Of a stretch of 42,274 nucleotides of DNA, positions 15,469 through 22,803 are shown piece by piece (position 1 is the first letter of the stretch; the number at the start of each line of letters is the position of its first letter). The stretch spans positions 1 through 42,274 of the IMG/VR virus record IMGVR_UViG_3300045988_124743; one strand, written 5' to 3'. The notes below the pieces were generated by a model. That model ran no database searches and was not told the origin of the DNA. It saw nothing but the letters and a program-made list of their open reading frames with translations. This DNA is from a virus. The position numbers and the translations under genes were made by a program.

Positions 15469-15681
15469 TTATCCCCACATCTCCTTACATGCTTTTTTGA
15501 ATTCAGGAAAAACGTTGGTAAACATACTGATAGGAACCTGTTTGGCACCACAAATAACCTTAGATACATTTGAACTCTTGTATTCCTCAGATTCCTGAAC
15601 CATATGGATCATCCGATATGCCATTACTTTGTTGATTCCTAGTGACATTACGTCTTTGTATCCTAATAATGTTTTTGCCAT
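15469..15681 (-). CDS. Small DNA-binding protein, DUF3173-like (possible excisionase or regulator)
   Basis: LLGYKDVMSLGINKVMAYRMIHMVQE ... KQVPISMF resembles DUF3173 proteins found beside tyrosine integrases in streptococcal elements. Confidence 0.4.
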   Translation of the reverse strand: MAKTLLGYKDVMSLGINKVMAYRMIHMVQESEEYKSSNVSKVICGAKQVPISMFTNVFPEFKKACKEMWG

Positions 15682-15735
15682 GCGCTTTCCTCCTTTCTGT
15701 GGTAGTTATTAGTAGTATTCTTTATTCCTAGAAGG

Positions 15736-15897
15736 TTAAATAAGACCTTCTTTTTTTAATGCCAAATAAATTACCCTGCTTCTACAAACTTCAATCACCT
15801 GCTTTAAATACTCAATATCATTACAATCATTCAATTTCTCTAGAAATGATTCTCTTTCAACAGGATTAAGCGATTCGCAAAAGTTTTTATTTTCCAT
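15736..15897 (-). CDS. Possible small ORF (53 aa) not in the supplied track
   Basis: ATG at 15897 overlaps the cro-like stop by 11 nt. Translation is MENKNFCESLNPVERESFLEKLNDC... No clear RBS. Confidence 0.3.
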   Translation of the reverse strand: MENKNFCESLNPVERESFLEKLNDCNDIEYLKQVIEVCRSRVIYLALKKEGLI

Positions 15898-16138
15898 AAT
15901 GTGTTCTCCTTTCTAAACTTACGTTTGCATAAGTACATCTCTTAAAAAAAATAGCATCAAATTCTTCTGCTGTTAAATTTAATTCAAATCTAATTACTTG
16001 TAATTCTCTTCTTGTGAATTCACTTTCACCGATTCTCTTTCTATAATACGTTGAAGGAGCCATTTTCAATACATTTGCCATATATTCTTGGCTTTTTCCA
16101 CACTCCTTCATCTTCATTTCAAGTAGCAATGAGTTCAT
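15887..16138 (-). CDS. Cro-like HTH regulator, first gene of the lytic operon
   Basis: Divergent from the cI-like gene. KSQEYMANVLKMAPSTYYRKRIG is HTH-like. RBS aaggaga. Confidence 0.7.
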   Translation of the reverse strand: MNSLLLEMKMKECGKSQEYMANVLKMAPSTYYRKRIGESEFTRRELQVIRFELNLTAEEFDAIFFKRCTYANVSLERRTHYGK

Positions 16139-16277
16139 TTTTTCATCTCCTTACATTTACGTAAGTATAATAACACTTGCACACACGTAAGTCAATGCAT
16201 ATACGAAAGAATAATTGCAAATTTGTGTTGTTGCTTGCATTTTTGCAAGTTATAATACAATTAAGGAGATAAAATAT
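16139..16277. promoter_or_regulatory. Genetic-switch region: divergent promoters and operator-like repeats
   Basis: - strand promoter TTGACT (16195-16190), 17-nt spacer, TATTAT (16172-16167). A + strand TATAAT lies upstream of cI. Repeated (T/C)ACGTAAGT occurs twice, and there is a palindrome CTTGCA-tttt-TGCAAG. Confidence 0.6.
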
Positions 16278-16649
16278 ATGGAATATAAAGACATGGAATT
16301 AAAAGACATAATAAGATTCAGAAGAAAAGAATTAAATTTAAACTTGTTAGATATTGCTAAAGCTTGTGGTGTAAGTGAGGCTACTGTTTCAAGGTGGGAA
16401 AGTGGAAACATTGGGCAAATGAAAAGGAATCGTATTGCAGCGTTATCTAAAGTTCTTAATCTTTCACCAGCTATACTTGTTGGTACATCTGATAACAATG
16501 AAGAGAATATTACATCATTATCCGTTGAATTAACAAATCACGAACGCAAACACCTAGAAATTTATAGATCACTAGACGACAAAGGCCAACACACAGTGGA
16601 CACAGTAACACAGATGGAATATGAAAGAGTTAAGAAGGATAATAAGTGA
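16278..16649 (+). CDS. XRE-family cI-like repressor
   Basis: LKDIIRFRRKELNLNLLDIAKACGVSEATVSRWESGNIGQMKRNRIAALSKVLNLSPAILVG is a classic XRE HTH. RBS taaggag. Confidence 0.8.
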   Translation: MEYKDMELKDIIRFRRKELNLNLLDIAKACGVSEATVSRWESGNIGQMKRNRIAALSKVLNLSPAILVGTSDNNEENITSLSVELTNHERKHLEIYRSLDDKGQHTVDTVTQMEYERVKKDNK

Positions 16650-16679
16650 TTTAGGTATGATTATATAAGGAGGGATAAG

Positions 16680-17486
16680 ATGACTGAACAAGAAATAAGT
16701 AATAAATGTAAATCTTTGGATGCTAGTAACGATACTTTTAAAAACATCATTAAGGATTGTAAAAATCCTAAATTCAATAATTTAGATAGTTGGCAACATT
16801 TCCAAGCAGCAGCTTTCAAAAGAGAAAATAATCCTAGTAGAAAAAACAGATTCATTAAATATAAACGTGGAACTATTGTTATGGTAAACTTTGGCACTTC
16901 TATAGGGAATGAACTGAGTGGAAATCATTTTGCTGTAGTACTAAATAAAAAAGACTCTCCTAATTCTGGAGAATTAACCGTACTGCCATTAACCTCTAAA
17001 GCCAATAAATCTAATATCAATCTGGGGAATGAACTAATTCAAAATGTATTTAGTGACGTTTTGAAAAGTATGCAAGATCTTGTAGCTTTTTCTTCAATAA
17101 TAGAAGATTTATTAATGGATGAAAGCGGAACTTTTAAATATCATGAAGGGCAATCGGTCACGTTTCACGATCCTTTGATTGAACATTATTGTATGATAAT
17201 CAAACCGAAGAAGGCTGCTTCTGATGGTATAATTCATTATACGACTAATGAAATTGCAGATGTTATCAACAAAGCCTTGAATATGCTCCAAAATATAACT
17301 AATTTCTACAACGGAAAAGCCAAAGATTCATATGCAAAGATTTTATCTATAACAACAATTAGTAAATATAGAATTAAGAAATCGATTAATGCATTAGATC
17401 CAATTGGAAAAATACAGTTATCTAAAGAAACAATGGACAGAATTGACACTGAAATCGTAAAAGCTATAACCAACATCGCCTTGTAA
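16680..17486 (+). CDS. Long (268 aa) protein with a central MazF/PemK-like toxin fold
   Basis: KRGTIVMVNFGTSIGNELSGNHFAVVLNKKDSPNSGELTVLPLTSK matches the PemK/MazF core pattern (RGdiv-v-f-p-GsE-sG-RPavVl...vvPlTs). Flanked by about 60 aa on the N-terminal side and about 150 aa on the C-terminal side. RBS aaggaggg. Confidence 0.65.
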   Translation: MTEQEISNKCKSLDASNDTFKNIIKDCKNPKFNNLDSWQHFQAAAFKRENNPSRKNRFIKYKRGTIVMVNFGTSIGNELSGNHFAVVLNKKDSPNSGELTVLPLTSKANKSNINLGNELIQNVFSDVLKSMQDLVAFSSIIEDLLMDESGTFKYHEGQSVTFHDPLIEHYCMIIKPKKAASDGIIHYTTNEIADVINKALNMLQNITNFYNGKAKDSYAKILSITTISKYRIKKSINALDPIGKIQLSKETMDRIDTEIVKAITNIAL

Positions 17487-17605
17487 AACACTTGATTTTA
17501 AAGAAATTCATGTTATTATAAAGATGAATTTCAGTGATGATACATTATATCAGGCACTGCAGGTATTTATTTCGGTAACACATTTGTGGGTACCGCGGAT
17601 AAGGG

Positions 17606-17640
17606 AAAGCTATTCGATTTCGGATAGCTTTTTCTTTTTA
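17606..17640 (+). terminator. Rho-independent terminator of the cI / MazF-like operon
   Basis: AAAGCTATTCG-attt-CGGATAGCTTT followed by TTCTTTTT. Confidence 0.75.
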
Positions 17641-17649
17641 ACGAAGCAA

Positions 17650-17765
17650 AATAAAAAATCCCACTCATTGAGTGGGATCTAATCGGGGCGACGTACTTAA
17701 CATACGCTTAGTATTCTTAACCATCCACCGACTATTGACCTGTCGAGGAGTAAGTACCTCCGGTA
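17650..17765 (-). ncRNA. Candidate sRNA of about 110 nt (promoter plus terminator, no ORF)
   Basis: Downstream of TTGAAA-17-TATAAT. Ends at the terminator ATCCCACTC-aat-GAGTGGGAT followed by TTTTTT. Contains small hairpins (GGAG-gtactta-CTCC, CGAC-n9-GTCG). Confidence 0.4.
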
Positions 17766-17770
17766 TTCAA

Positions 17771-17846
17771 ATTATAATTCGCATTTTGCATATTTTCAAC
17801 AAAAAGCGTGCCCATCTATATTATCAAATCTTTGTGCGAACGTCAA
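17771..17846 (-). promoter_or_regulatory. Two tandem near-consensus promoters on the - strand
   Basis: P1: TTGACG (17846-17841), 17-nt spacer, TAATAT (17823-17818). P2: TTGAAA (17799-17794), 17-nt spacer, TATAAT (17776-17771). Confidence 0.45.
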
Positions 17847-17864
17847 ATTTATCTTATAAAATCA

Positions 17865-17897
17865 ATAAAAAACACCTGGACTTTTACATCCAGGTGT
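17865..17897 (-). terminator. Rho-independent terminator of int (the stem overlaps the int stop codon)
   Basis: - strand: ACACCTGGA-tgtaaaag-TCCAGGTGT followed by TTTTTTAT. Confidence 0.7.
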
Positions 17898-18990
17898 TCT
17901 TGTTTTTATCCATGAAATTAACAATATCTTTGTCGGCTTGTGGCAACCAATGTGCATATACTTGTAGCACTGTGTCTAATTCGTCGCCTAAGCGCTTTGC
18001 AATGTCATAGACGGAGAAATTGACCTTTCCCCCTGTAACCATATTGTTTATCATATAAGACGCGCTAGAGTGCCTTAAATCGTGCATTCGTAGCATTGGT
18101 ATCTTATCTTCATCTTTTAATCGTTTATTTAATGCATTTACATTGTTCTGTAATTGCTTGGTCACCTTTGACCTACTGAACGGTATGTCTATGCCAAAGA
18201 TGTATGAGTCATCTGGAACATCCAGTCTCGACTTTAGTGCTTTATACTCGTTGGCCAAAAACTGTGGCATGCTTATTTGTCTGTAGCTGTTTGGCGTTTT
18301 TGGTGTTGTGCACTTTCTGAGCTTGTCGTTCCATGTCTTATTGATTGTGATCGTGTTGTTTTCAAAATCTAAATCTTTCCATTGAAGAGCAAGTGCTTCT
18401 CCAATACGAGTACCCATGTAGAACTGGTTACTGAACAATAAATGAAAGATTGTTGAATCAACGTTGTTTATAAATTTGTTGAATTGTTCTTCTGTCCAAA
18501 ATACCATTTCTTCTTTGTGAAGATTTGGGTCTTTTTTTAGATCAACCTTATTACATGGATTGGTTGTTATGTACTCATGCTTCATAGCATAGCGCATAAG
18601 GACACATAGACGCATATAATACTCATTCACAGTAGAATACTTCTTGTCGGCAAGAAGTCGCTCTAAAACGTCCTGAATGTCTTCTGAGGTGATGTCTCTT
18701 AAAACTTTATCACCAAGGGCACTTCTCCATACGTTAAATTCAACTCTGTGATTATTGTAGGTGGATTCCTTGATTCTCTTTTCTGAGTATTCCTGATATA
18801 TGTCTATCATTGTACTCAGTGTCATTGTAGAGCCTGGATTCATCAAACTCTCTTTGAATTGTATCTCTGCTTTTATTGCATCTTGCTTTCTATCAAAGCC
18901 ACGCTTTTTGTATTGCTTAGTTTTGTTCCCTACTTTGTAAGAACCATAGTAATACCACTTGTTTGTGTTGTTGTCTCTTTTTACCGCCAT
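17884..18990 (-). CDS. int: Tyrosine integrase (lysogeny integrase)
   Basis: N-terminal arm-binding-like KWYYYGSYKVGNKTKQYKKRGF. Catalytic signature TRIGEALALQWKDL, LRMHDLRHSSASYMI and VLQVYAHW (R..HxxR..Y). Adjacent to an AT-rich attP-like region. Confidence 0.9.
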   Translation of the reverse strand: MAVKRDNNTNKWYYYGSYKVGNKTKQYKKRGFDRKQDAIKAEIQFKESLMNPGSTMTLSTMIDIYQEYSEKRIKESTYNNHRVEFNVWRSALGDKVLRDITSEDIQDVLERLLADKKYSTVNEYYMRLCVLMRYAMKHEYITTNPCNKVDLKKDPNLHKEEMVFWTEEQFNKFINNVDSTIFHLLFSNQFYMGTRIGEALALQWKDLDFENNTITINKTWNDKLRKCTTPKTPNSYRQISMPQFLANEYKALKSRLDVPDDSYIFGIDIPFSRSKVTKQLQNNVNALNKRLKDEDKIPMLRMHDLRHSSASYMINNMVTGGKVNFSVYDIAKRLGDELDTVLQVYAHWLPQADKDIVNFMDKNKNTWM

Positions 18991-19008
18991 AATGTTTTCC
19001 CCCAGCAT

Positions 19009-19403
19009 CTTATTTTATCAGAGCTAGAGTCATATTTAAATATAAATTTATGCCAATTTTATGCCATATATTAATATTATGCTTTAAATAAAGAGTAATA
19101 GACTTTTAACTAAAAAGATTAAAATTCTCTCTATATTATATATATGTCTCTAGCTACTATTATATTCTCATATTTATATTTGATTTTCTACAAATTCTCC
19201 ATTTATTTTATTTTTTAGAAAAATTTATGCCGGAATCTATGCCAATAAAAAAGAAAAAATATGCCACTACTTTAAATAATAAAAAAACGCAGAAACTGCG
19301 CTTATATTTAATGCTTGGAGTCCTTACAATATTATAACAAAGAAAAATAATTAATTTATTGCTTGCGTATATGCTAGCATTTTGCTATGACCATACTTTT
19401 TGA
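19009..19403. other. Putative attP region with repeated arm-type sites
   Basis: AT-rich, non-coding, and located between int and the lysin. (T)TTATGCC(A/G)-type motifs lie in the same orientation at 19047, 19058, 19224, 19237 and 19259. Confidence 0.55.
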
Positions 19404-19405
19404 GC

Positions 19406-19439
19406 ATAAAAAAAGAACCTACGCATTACACGTAGGCTT
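19406..19439 (-). terminator. Rho-independent terminator at the end of the late/lysis operon
   Basis: - strand: AGCCTACG-tgtaatg-CGTAGGTT followed by CTTTTTTT, 9 nt after the lysin stop. Confidence 0.7.
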
Positions 19440-19447
19440 CATTATAT

Positions 19448-20542
19448 TTATGCAATTTCTGTTAATGGTGTTGGGTCAACCCAAATACCGCCAATTTTAA
19501 CAATATTCTTTTGAGCATTCACTGCATCGACTCTGATTCGAGATACATAGACTACTGCATTTGTGGTATGCAATACATTGTCATTATATCCATCTGAATT
19601 AGGTACTTTGTCGACTAAACGAATTGGAAACCAACCGCCTAATTGAGCAAGATAAGCACATAAATCATCACCAATCTTTTTCAAGCCTTGATTACCAATC
19701 TTCATATGCACAGATGTAACATAGCTACCTTCATGCAAGATTTGGTCGATAGCTTCTGCACTAGACTGTGTTGCTCCAACTGGTGTGTGAGGGTCTGTAT
19801 CAATACCAGCATCATTAGTCCATCCAATCGCTACACCATTACGGTCTACTCGATACGGATATTTAGCACCTTTAATGACTCTGCCAATAGAACCACTCCA
19901 ATCACCTTTTACAATTTTAGAAGTTCCGTAGCAGTTAACGCTTAATGTATTTGTGCAGATAGGTATACCGACTGAATACTTCTCATCACTTGGAGTGTTT
20001 GGAGTACTTGGAGCACTTGGTGCTACAGTTTGACCATCCAATCTAGCATTTACTTCTTGTGCTAATTGAGGCATTTTCGAATGTAAATAAGGGCCTGGGC
20101 AAGATGTAGCTGCGAACATTCTATGTTCTGTCAAACTTCCAGTTGAATCACCAGTGTAGTTTAATCTGAATCCATATCGTTTACATACATCCACGCATAG
20201 ATTTACCAATGCATTCCATGCTTTTGATGAGATTGTCCATGCATCTGTATTATCATTAGCAATTTCAATTGTAATTGATTGGCAATCATTGTAGTAGTTG
20301 CTCGAAGTCCACGCTCTGTTTTCTTCGTCTACATTCGAAACAATCGTACCATCTGAACCGATGCAATAGTTTGCACTAGCCATTCTTCCGCTTACTTGGA
20401 ATGACTGAGCACATCGTTCTGCCGACCACGTGCATGCCATGTGATGAGGCGTGATTTTGCAAACTTTGTAGCCACCACGTCCACGCATATAGTTGTCTGC
20501 ACTAGCAGGAATATATTTATTTGTTAAGCTTGAATATGACAT
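19448..20542 (-). CDS. Endolysin: N-acetylmuramoyl-L-alanine amidase (Amidase_2/PGRP-type) with C-terminal cell-wall-binding repeats
   Basis: KITPHHMACTWSAERCAQSF...ASANYCIGSDGTIVSNVDEENRAWTSS...SITIEIAND and EHRMFAATSCPG match amidase_2 motifs. The position after the holin is typical. Confidence 0.85.
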   Translation of the reverse strand: MSYSSLTNKYIPASADNYMRGRGGYKVCKITPHHMACTWSAERCAQSFQVSGRMASANYCIGSDGTIVSNVDEENRAWTSSNYYNDCQSITIEIANDNTDAWTISSKAWNALVNLCVDVCKRYGFRLNYTGDSTGSLTEHRMFAATSCPGPYLHSKMPQLAQEVNARLDGQTVAPSAPSTPNTPSDEKYSVGIPICTNTLSVNCYGTSKIVKGDWSGSIGRVIKGAKYPYRVDRNGVAIGWTNDAGIDTDPHTPVGATQSSAEAIDQILHEGSYVTSVHMKIGNQGLKKIGDDLCAYLAQLGGWFPIRLVDKVPNSDGYNDNVLHTTNAVVYVSRIRVDAVNAQKNIVKIGGIWVDPTPLTEIA

Positions 20543-20628
20543 TCTTCTTCACCTTCTTCTTTTCCGTTACTCAACTCTGCTTGAGCTTCTTCTGATAATT
20601 CTTCAAATTTTACTTCTTTTTCTTCCAT
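20524..20628 (-). CDS. Possible very acidic 34-aa ORF not in the track
   Basis: Strong RBS aggagg 7 nt upstream of the ATG at 20628. Translation MEEKEVKFEELSEEAQAELSNGKEEGEEECHIQA. Overlaps the lysin start. Confidence 0.3.
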   Translation of the reverse strand: MEEKEVKFEELSEEAQAELSNGKEEGEEECHIQA

Positions 20629-20640
20629 ATTTCTGTCCTC

Positions 20641-21039
20641 CTAATTTTTTTCAACCAAGAAATCTTGGATTTCATTCCTAGTTTCGACAAGCTTTTCTTT
20701 GTCCGAATCAGACAATAAACCATTCAAGATTGCAATATTGGCTTTTAGTAATAAATTACTACGCTCTTTATCTTCGTCAAGACGATTATCATGTTCAGAT
20801 AAAATGCGAGTATGTTCATTTAGCTTATTACTTAAGCCTTCTTGCGAAATGACTAACTTTTCGATATTTTTAATTCTATCGTTATCTTGCTTTAACAATT
20901 CGTCATGTCTTAGAACCATCGCTTTTAAATCTTTATTTGGCTTTTGCCAATCTTGAAAAACCTTATAAGCACCACCGATTGTGATGACACCACCACATAT
21001 TACTAAGAATAGTTGGATTGATCTAATTACTTCTTCCAC
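20641..21039 (-). CDS. Membrane-anchored coiled-coil protein in the lysis cassette (holin accessory or XhlA-like?)
   Basis: N-terminal TM helix IQLFLVICGGVITIGGAY followed by a heptad-rich region. Lies between the holin and the lysin. Confidence 0.4.
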   Translation of the reverse strand: MEEVIRSIQLFLVICGGVITIGGAYKVFQDWQKPNKDLKAMVLRHDELLKQDNDRIKNIEKLVISQEGLSNKLNEHTRILSEHDNRLDEDKERSNLLLKANIAILNGLLSDSDKEKLVETRNEIQDFLVEKN

Positions 21040-21050
21040 AATCCAACACC

Positions 21051-21323
21051 CTATTCATCTTCATTTTTGCCTTCAATGAAACGTGTAAATGCCTGATGCA
21101 GTCCGGTAGATGCCAATCCCATCACTGCCCCATATACGGCACTTTCAATCGAAAGGCCTGATACCGCTAGATTTAATGTCATTCCAATTAAAGCAAGCAC
21201 TGTTGGAATATATTTGTTAGGAAAACTTGTAAATGATGTTTTTAAAATATATCCGACAACTAAGCATGCTACCAAAACAACTAAAACAAAATAATTTGTA
21301 ACTTGTGTAAAATCTAAATTCAT
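21051..21323 (-). CDS. Holin (90 aa, 2-3 TM helices)
   Basis: Start chosen at MNLDF with RBS aggagg. TM segments YFVLVVLVACLVVGYIL, IPTVLALIGMTLNLAV and AVYGAVMGLAS, with a charged C-terminus. Confidence 0.65.
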   Translation of the reverse strand: MNLDFTQVTNYFVLVVLVACLVVGYILKTSFTSFPNKYIPTVLALIGMTLNLAVSGLSIESAVYGAVMGLASTGLHQAFTRFIEGKNEDE

Positions 21324-21366
21324 ATAAAATCCTCCTATTAATATAAAAAAAGCGAGGTAAACAAAA

Positions 21367-22260
21367 ATGCTATATTCTGACAAATTACATTCTTGGCTTC
21401 GAGAAAAGAAAATCTATCTAAAATACAGCACTTACACAAATTATTGTAATGTGATTCACAATCACATACTGCCATCACTTGGCAGCTATCAGATTGAAGA
21501 TTTGAACAACGATATTCTTCAGGAGTTTATTCTTCAAAAGCTTGAAAACGGTCGTAAAGATGGAAAAGGTGGCATATCGTTTAAATATGCCAAAGACATT
21601 ATCCAAATTCTTAAATTTACACTTCCGTTCAAAGTCGATGTTCAGTTGCCTTACCATCCTCCTACGGCGGTAGAGATTTTTGAAAAAGAACATCAAGTTT
21701 CATTGATTAATCACCTCCAATCTGAAATAAACTGTAAAAACTTTGGAATCCTTTTATGCATCCACACTGGAATACGCATAGGTGAACTATGCGCTCTTAA
21801 ATGGTCTGATATAAACACTCAAACCAAATTGTTAAAAATAGATAAAACCATGATACGTACATACACAAAAGAAGACGGTAGTCATCTTTCAATAACACCG
21901 CCTAAATCACGTTCTAGCACTAGAATGATTCCCTTGAACACATGGATAATGCATTATGCAATACTGCTTCAAGGTGATGCAGACAACTATGTATTAACAA
22001 ATCAAGATAAACCAATAGAACCTAATAAATACAGATTGTATTACAATAAGCTGCTTAAAGAGCTCGAACTACCACATAGGAAGTTTCACGCACTTAGACA
22101 TACTTTCGCAACAAGATGCATTGAGTGTGGTTGTGACTATAAATCACTTAGTGAATTGCTTGGCCACTCCAACGTATCAATCACAATGAACATCTACGTG
22201 CATCCTCAAATGGAATTAAAACGCAAATGCGTTGAACTGCTTTGTGACTATTACAAGTAA
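21367..22260 (+). CDS. Second tyrosine recombinase (candidate tail-fibre invertase, shufflon-type)
   Basis: RIGELCALKWSDI, HALRHTFATRCI and LGHSNVSITMNIYVH give the R..HxxR..H..Y catalytic signature. One of the few + strand genes in the late region, it is directly followed by inverted tail-fibre tip cassettes. Confidence 0.85.
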   Translation: MLYSDKLHSWLREKKIYLKYSTYTNYCNVIHNHILPSLGSYQIEDLNNDILQEFILQKLENGRKDGKGGISFKYAKDIIQILKFTLPFKVDVQLPYHPPTAVEIFEKEHQVSLINHLQSEINCKNFGILLCIHTGIRIGELCALKWSDINTQTKLLKIDKTMIRTYTKEDGSHLSITPPKSRSSTRMIPLNTWIMHYAILLQGDADNYVLTNQDKPIEPNKYRLYYNKLLKELELPHRKFHALRHTFATRCIECGCDYKSLSELLGHSNVSITMNIYVHPQMELKRKCVELLCDYYK

Positions 22261-22264
22261 ATGT

Positions 22265-22522
22265 ATGTCATTTACTGTTAATACTACAGGTGGTGAGTAC
22301 GCACATACCTTGTCTTTATCCGAGATTCCACCTCATAATCATAAAGTGCCTGCTCAAGAAGATAGCAGTGCTTCATTGCGTGCATATAATCATCTAAGTA
22401 CATACAACGTAAACAAAGACAGTCACTATTGGTATACAACAACTAGTATTGAAGGAGAAGGCAAAGCTCATAACAACATTCCTCCATACGTTGTTGTTTA
22501 CTTCTGGAGACGTACTGCATAA
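22265..22522 (+). CDS. Silent alternative tail-fibre C-terminal cassette 1 (no RBS of its own)
   Basis: MSFTVNTTGGEYAHTLSLSEIPPHNH...GKAHNNIPPYVVVYFWRRTA is the second half of a tail-collar-like domain. It is inverted relative to the tail-fibre gene. Confidence 0.6.
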   Translation: MSFTVNTTGGEYAHTLSLSEIPPHNHKVPAQEDSSASLRAYNHLSTYNVNKDSHYWYTTTSIEGEGKAHNNIPPYVVVYFWRRTA

Positions 22523-22524
22523 GT

Positions 22525-22803
22525 ATGTCCTTTACGTCCAATAGCACTGGCGGTGAATTTAAACATAAACTTGTACTTGAAGAGATGCCCAATCATACGC
22601 ACTATATATTAGATCAACTTGCAGATGGCAATATTGGAATTAGCGGAGACCCAGGTGGAAAGTCGCCTTATACTAGAGCTACTGAACGTGCAGATAGAAC
22701 AAAAAAATATTGGTGGGGTACTACATACCCTTCTGGAGGAGATAAAGCTCACAATAACGTTCAACCATATATTGTTACCTATTTTTGGAGAAGAACAAAG
22801 TAA
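22525..22803 (+). CDS. Silent alternative tail-fibre C-terminal cassette 2 (no RBS of its own)
   Basis: MSFTSNSTGGEFKHKLVLEEMPNHTH...GDKAHNNVQPYIVTYFWRRTK. Its stop codon abuts the stop of the convergent tail-fibre gene. Confidence 0.6.
   Translation: MSFTSNSTGGEFKHKLVLEEMPNHTHYILDQLADGNIGISGDPGGKSPYTRATERADRTKKYWWGTTYPSGGDKAHNNVQPYIVTYFWRRTK

Noticed and set aside
15369-15569. - strand ORF 15369..15569, which overlaps both 15124..15420 and 15469..15681.
   Set aside because: It overlaps two ORFs that have good RBSs and better coding character, and it has no RBS of its own.
17672-18010. + strand ORF 17672..18010, together with the - strand ORFs 16661..16897 and 17306..17491.
   Set aside because: They overlap the integrase, the MazF-like gene or the candidate sRNA region. 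They lack an RBS and have implausible composition.
21367-22260. The second tyrosine recombinase as the integrase of a separate element inserted into the phage.
   Set aside because: There is no accompanying att-like direct repeat, excisionase or cargo other than the two tail-fibre tip cassettes. The context fits an invertase role better, although this remains untested.
22232-22264. The TTG-initiated N-terminal extension of cassette 1 given in the ORF track (overlapping the recombinase 3' end).
   Set aside because: Homology between the two cassettes starts exactly at MSFT. The extension has no counterpart in cassette 2 and no RBS, so it is probably just open frame.
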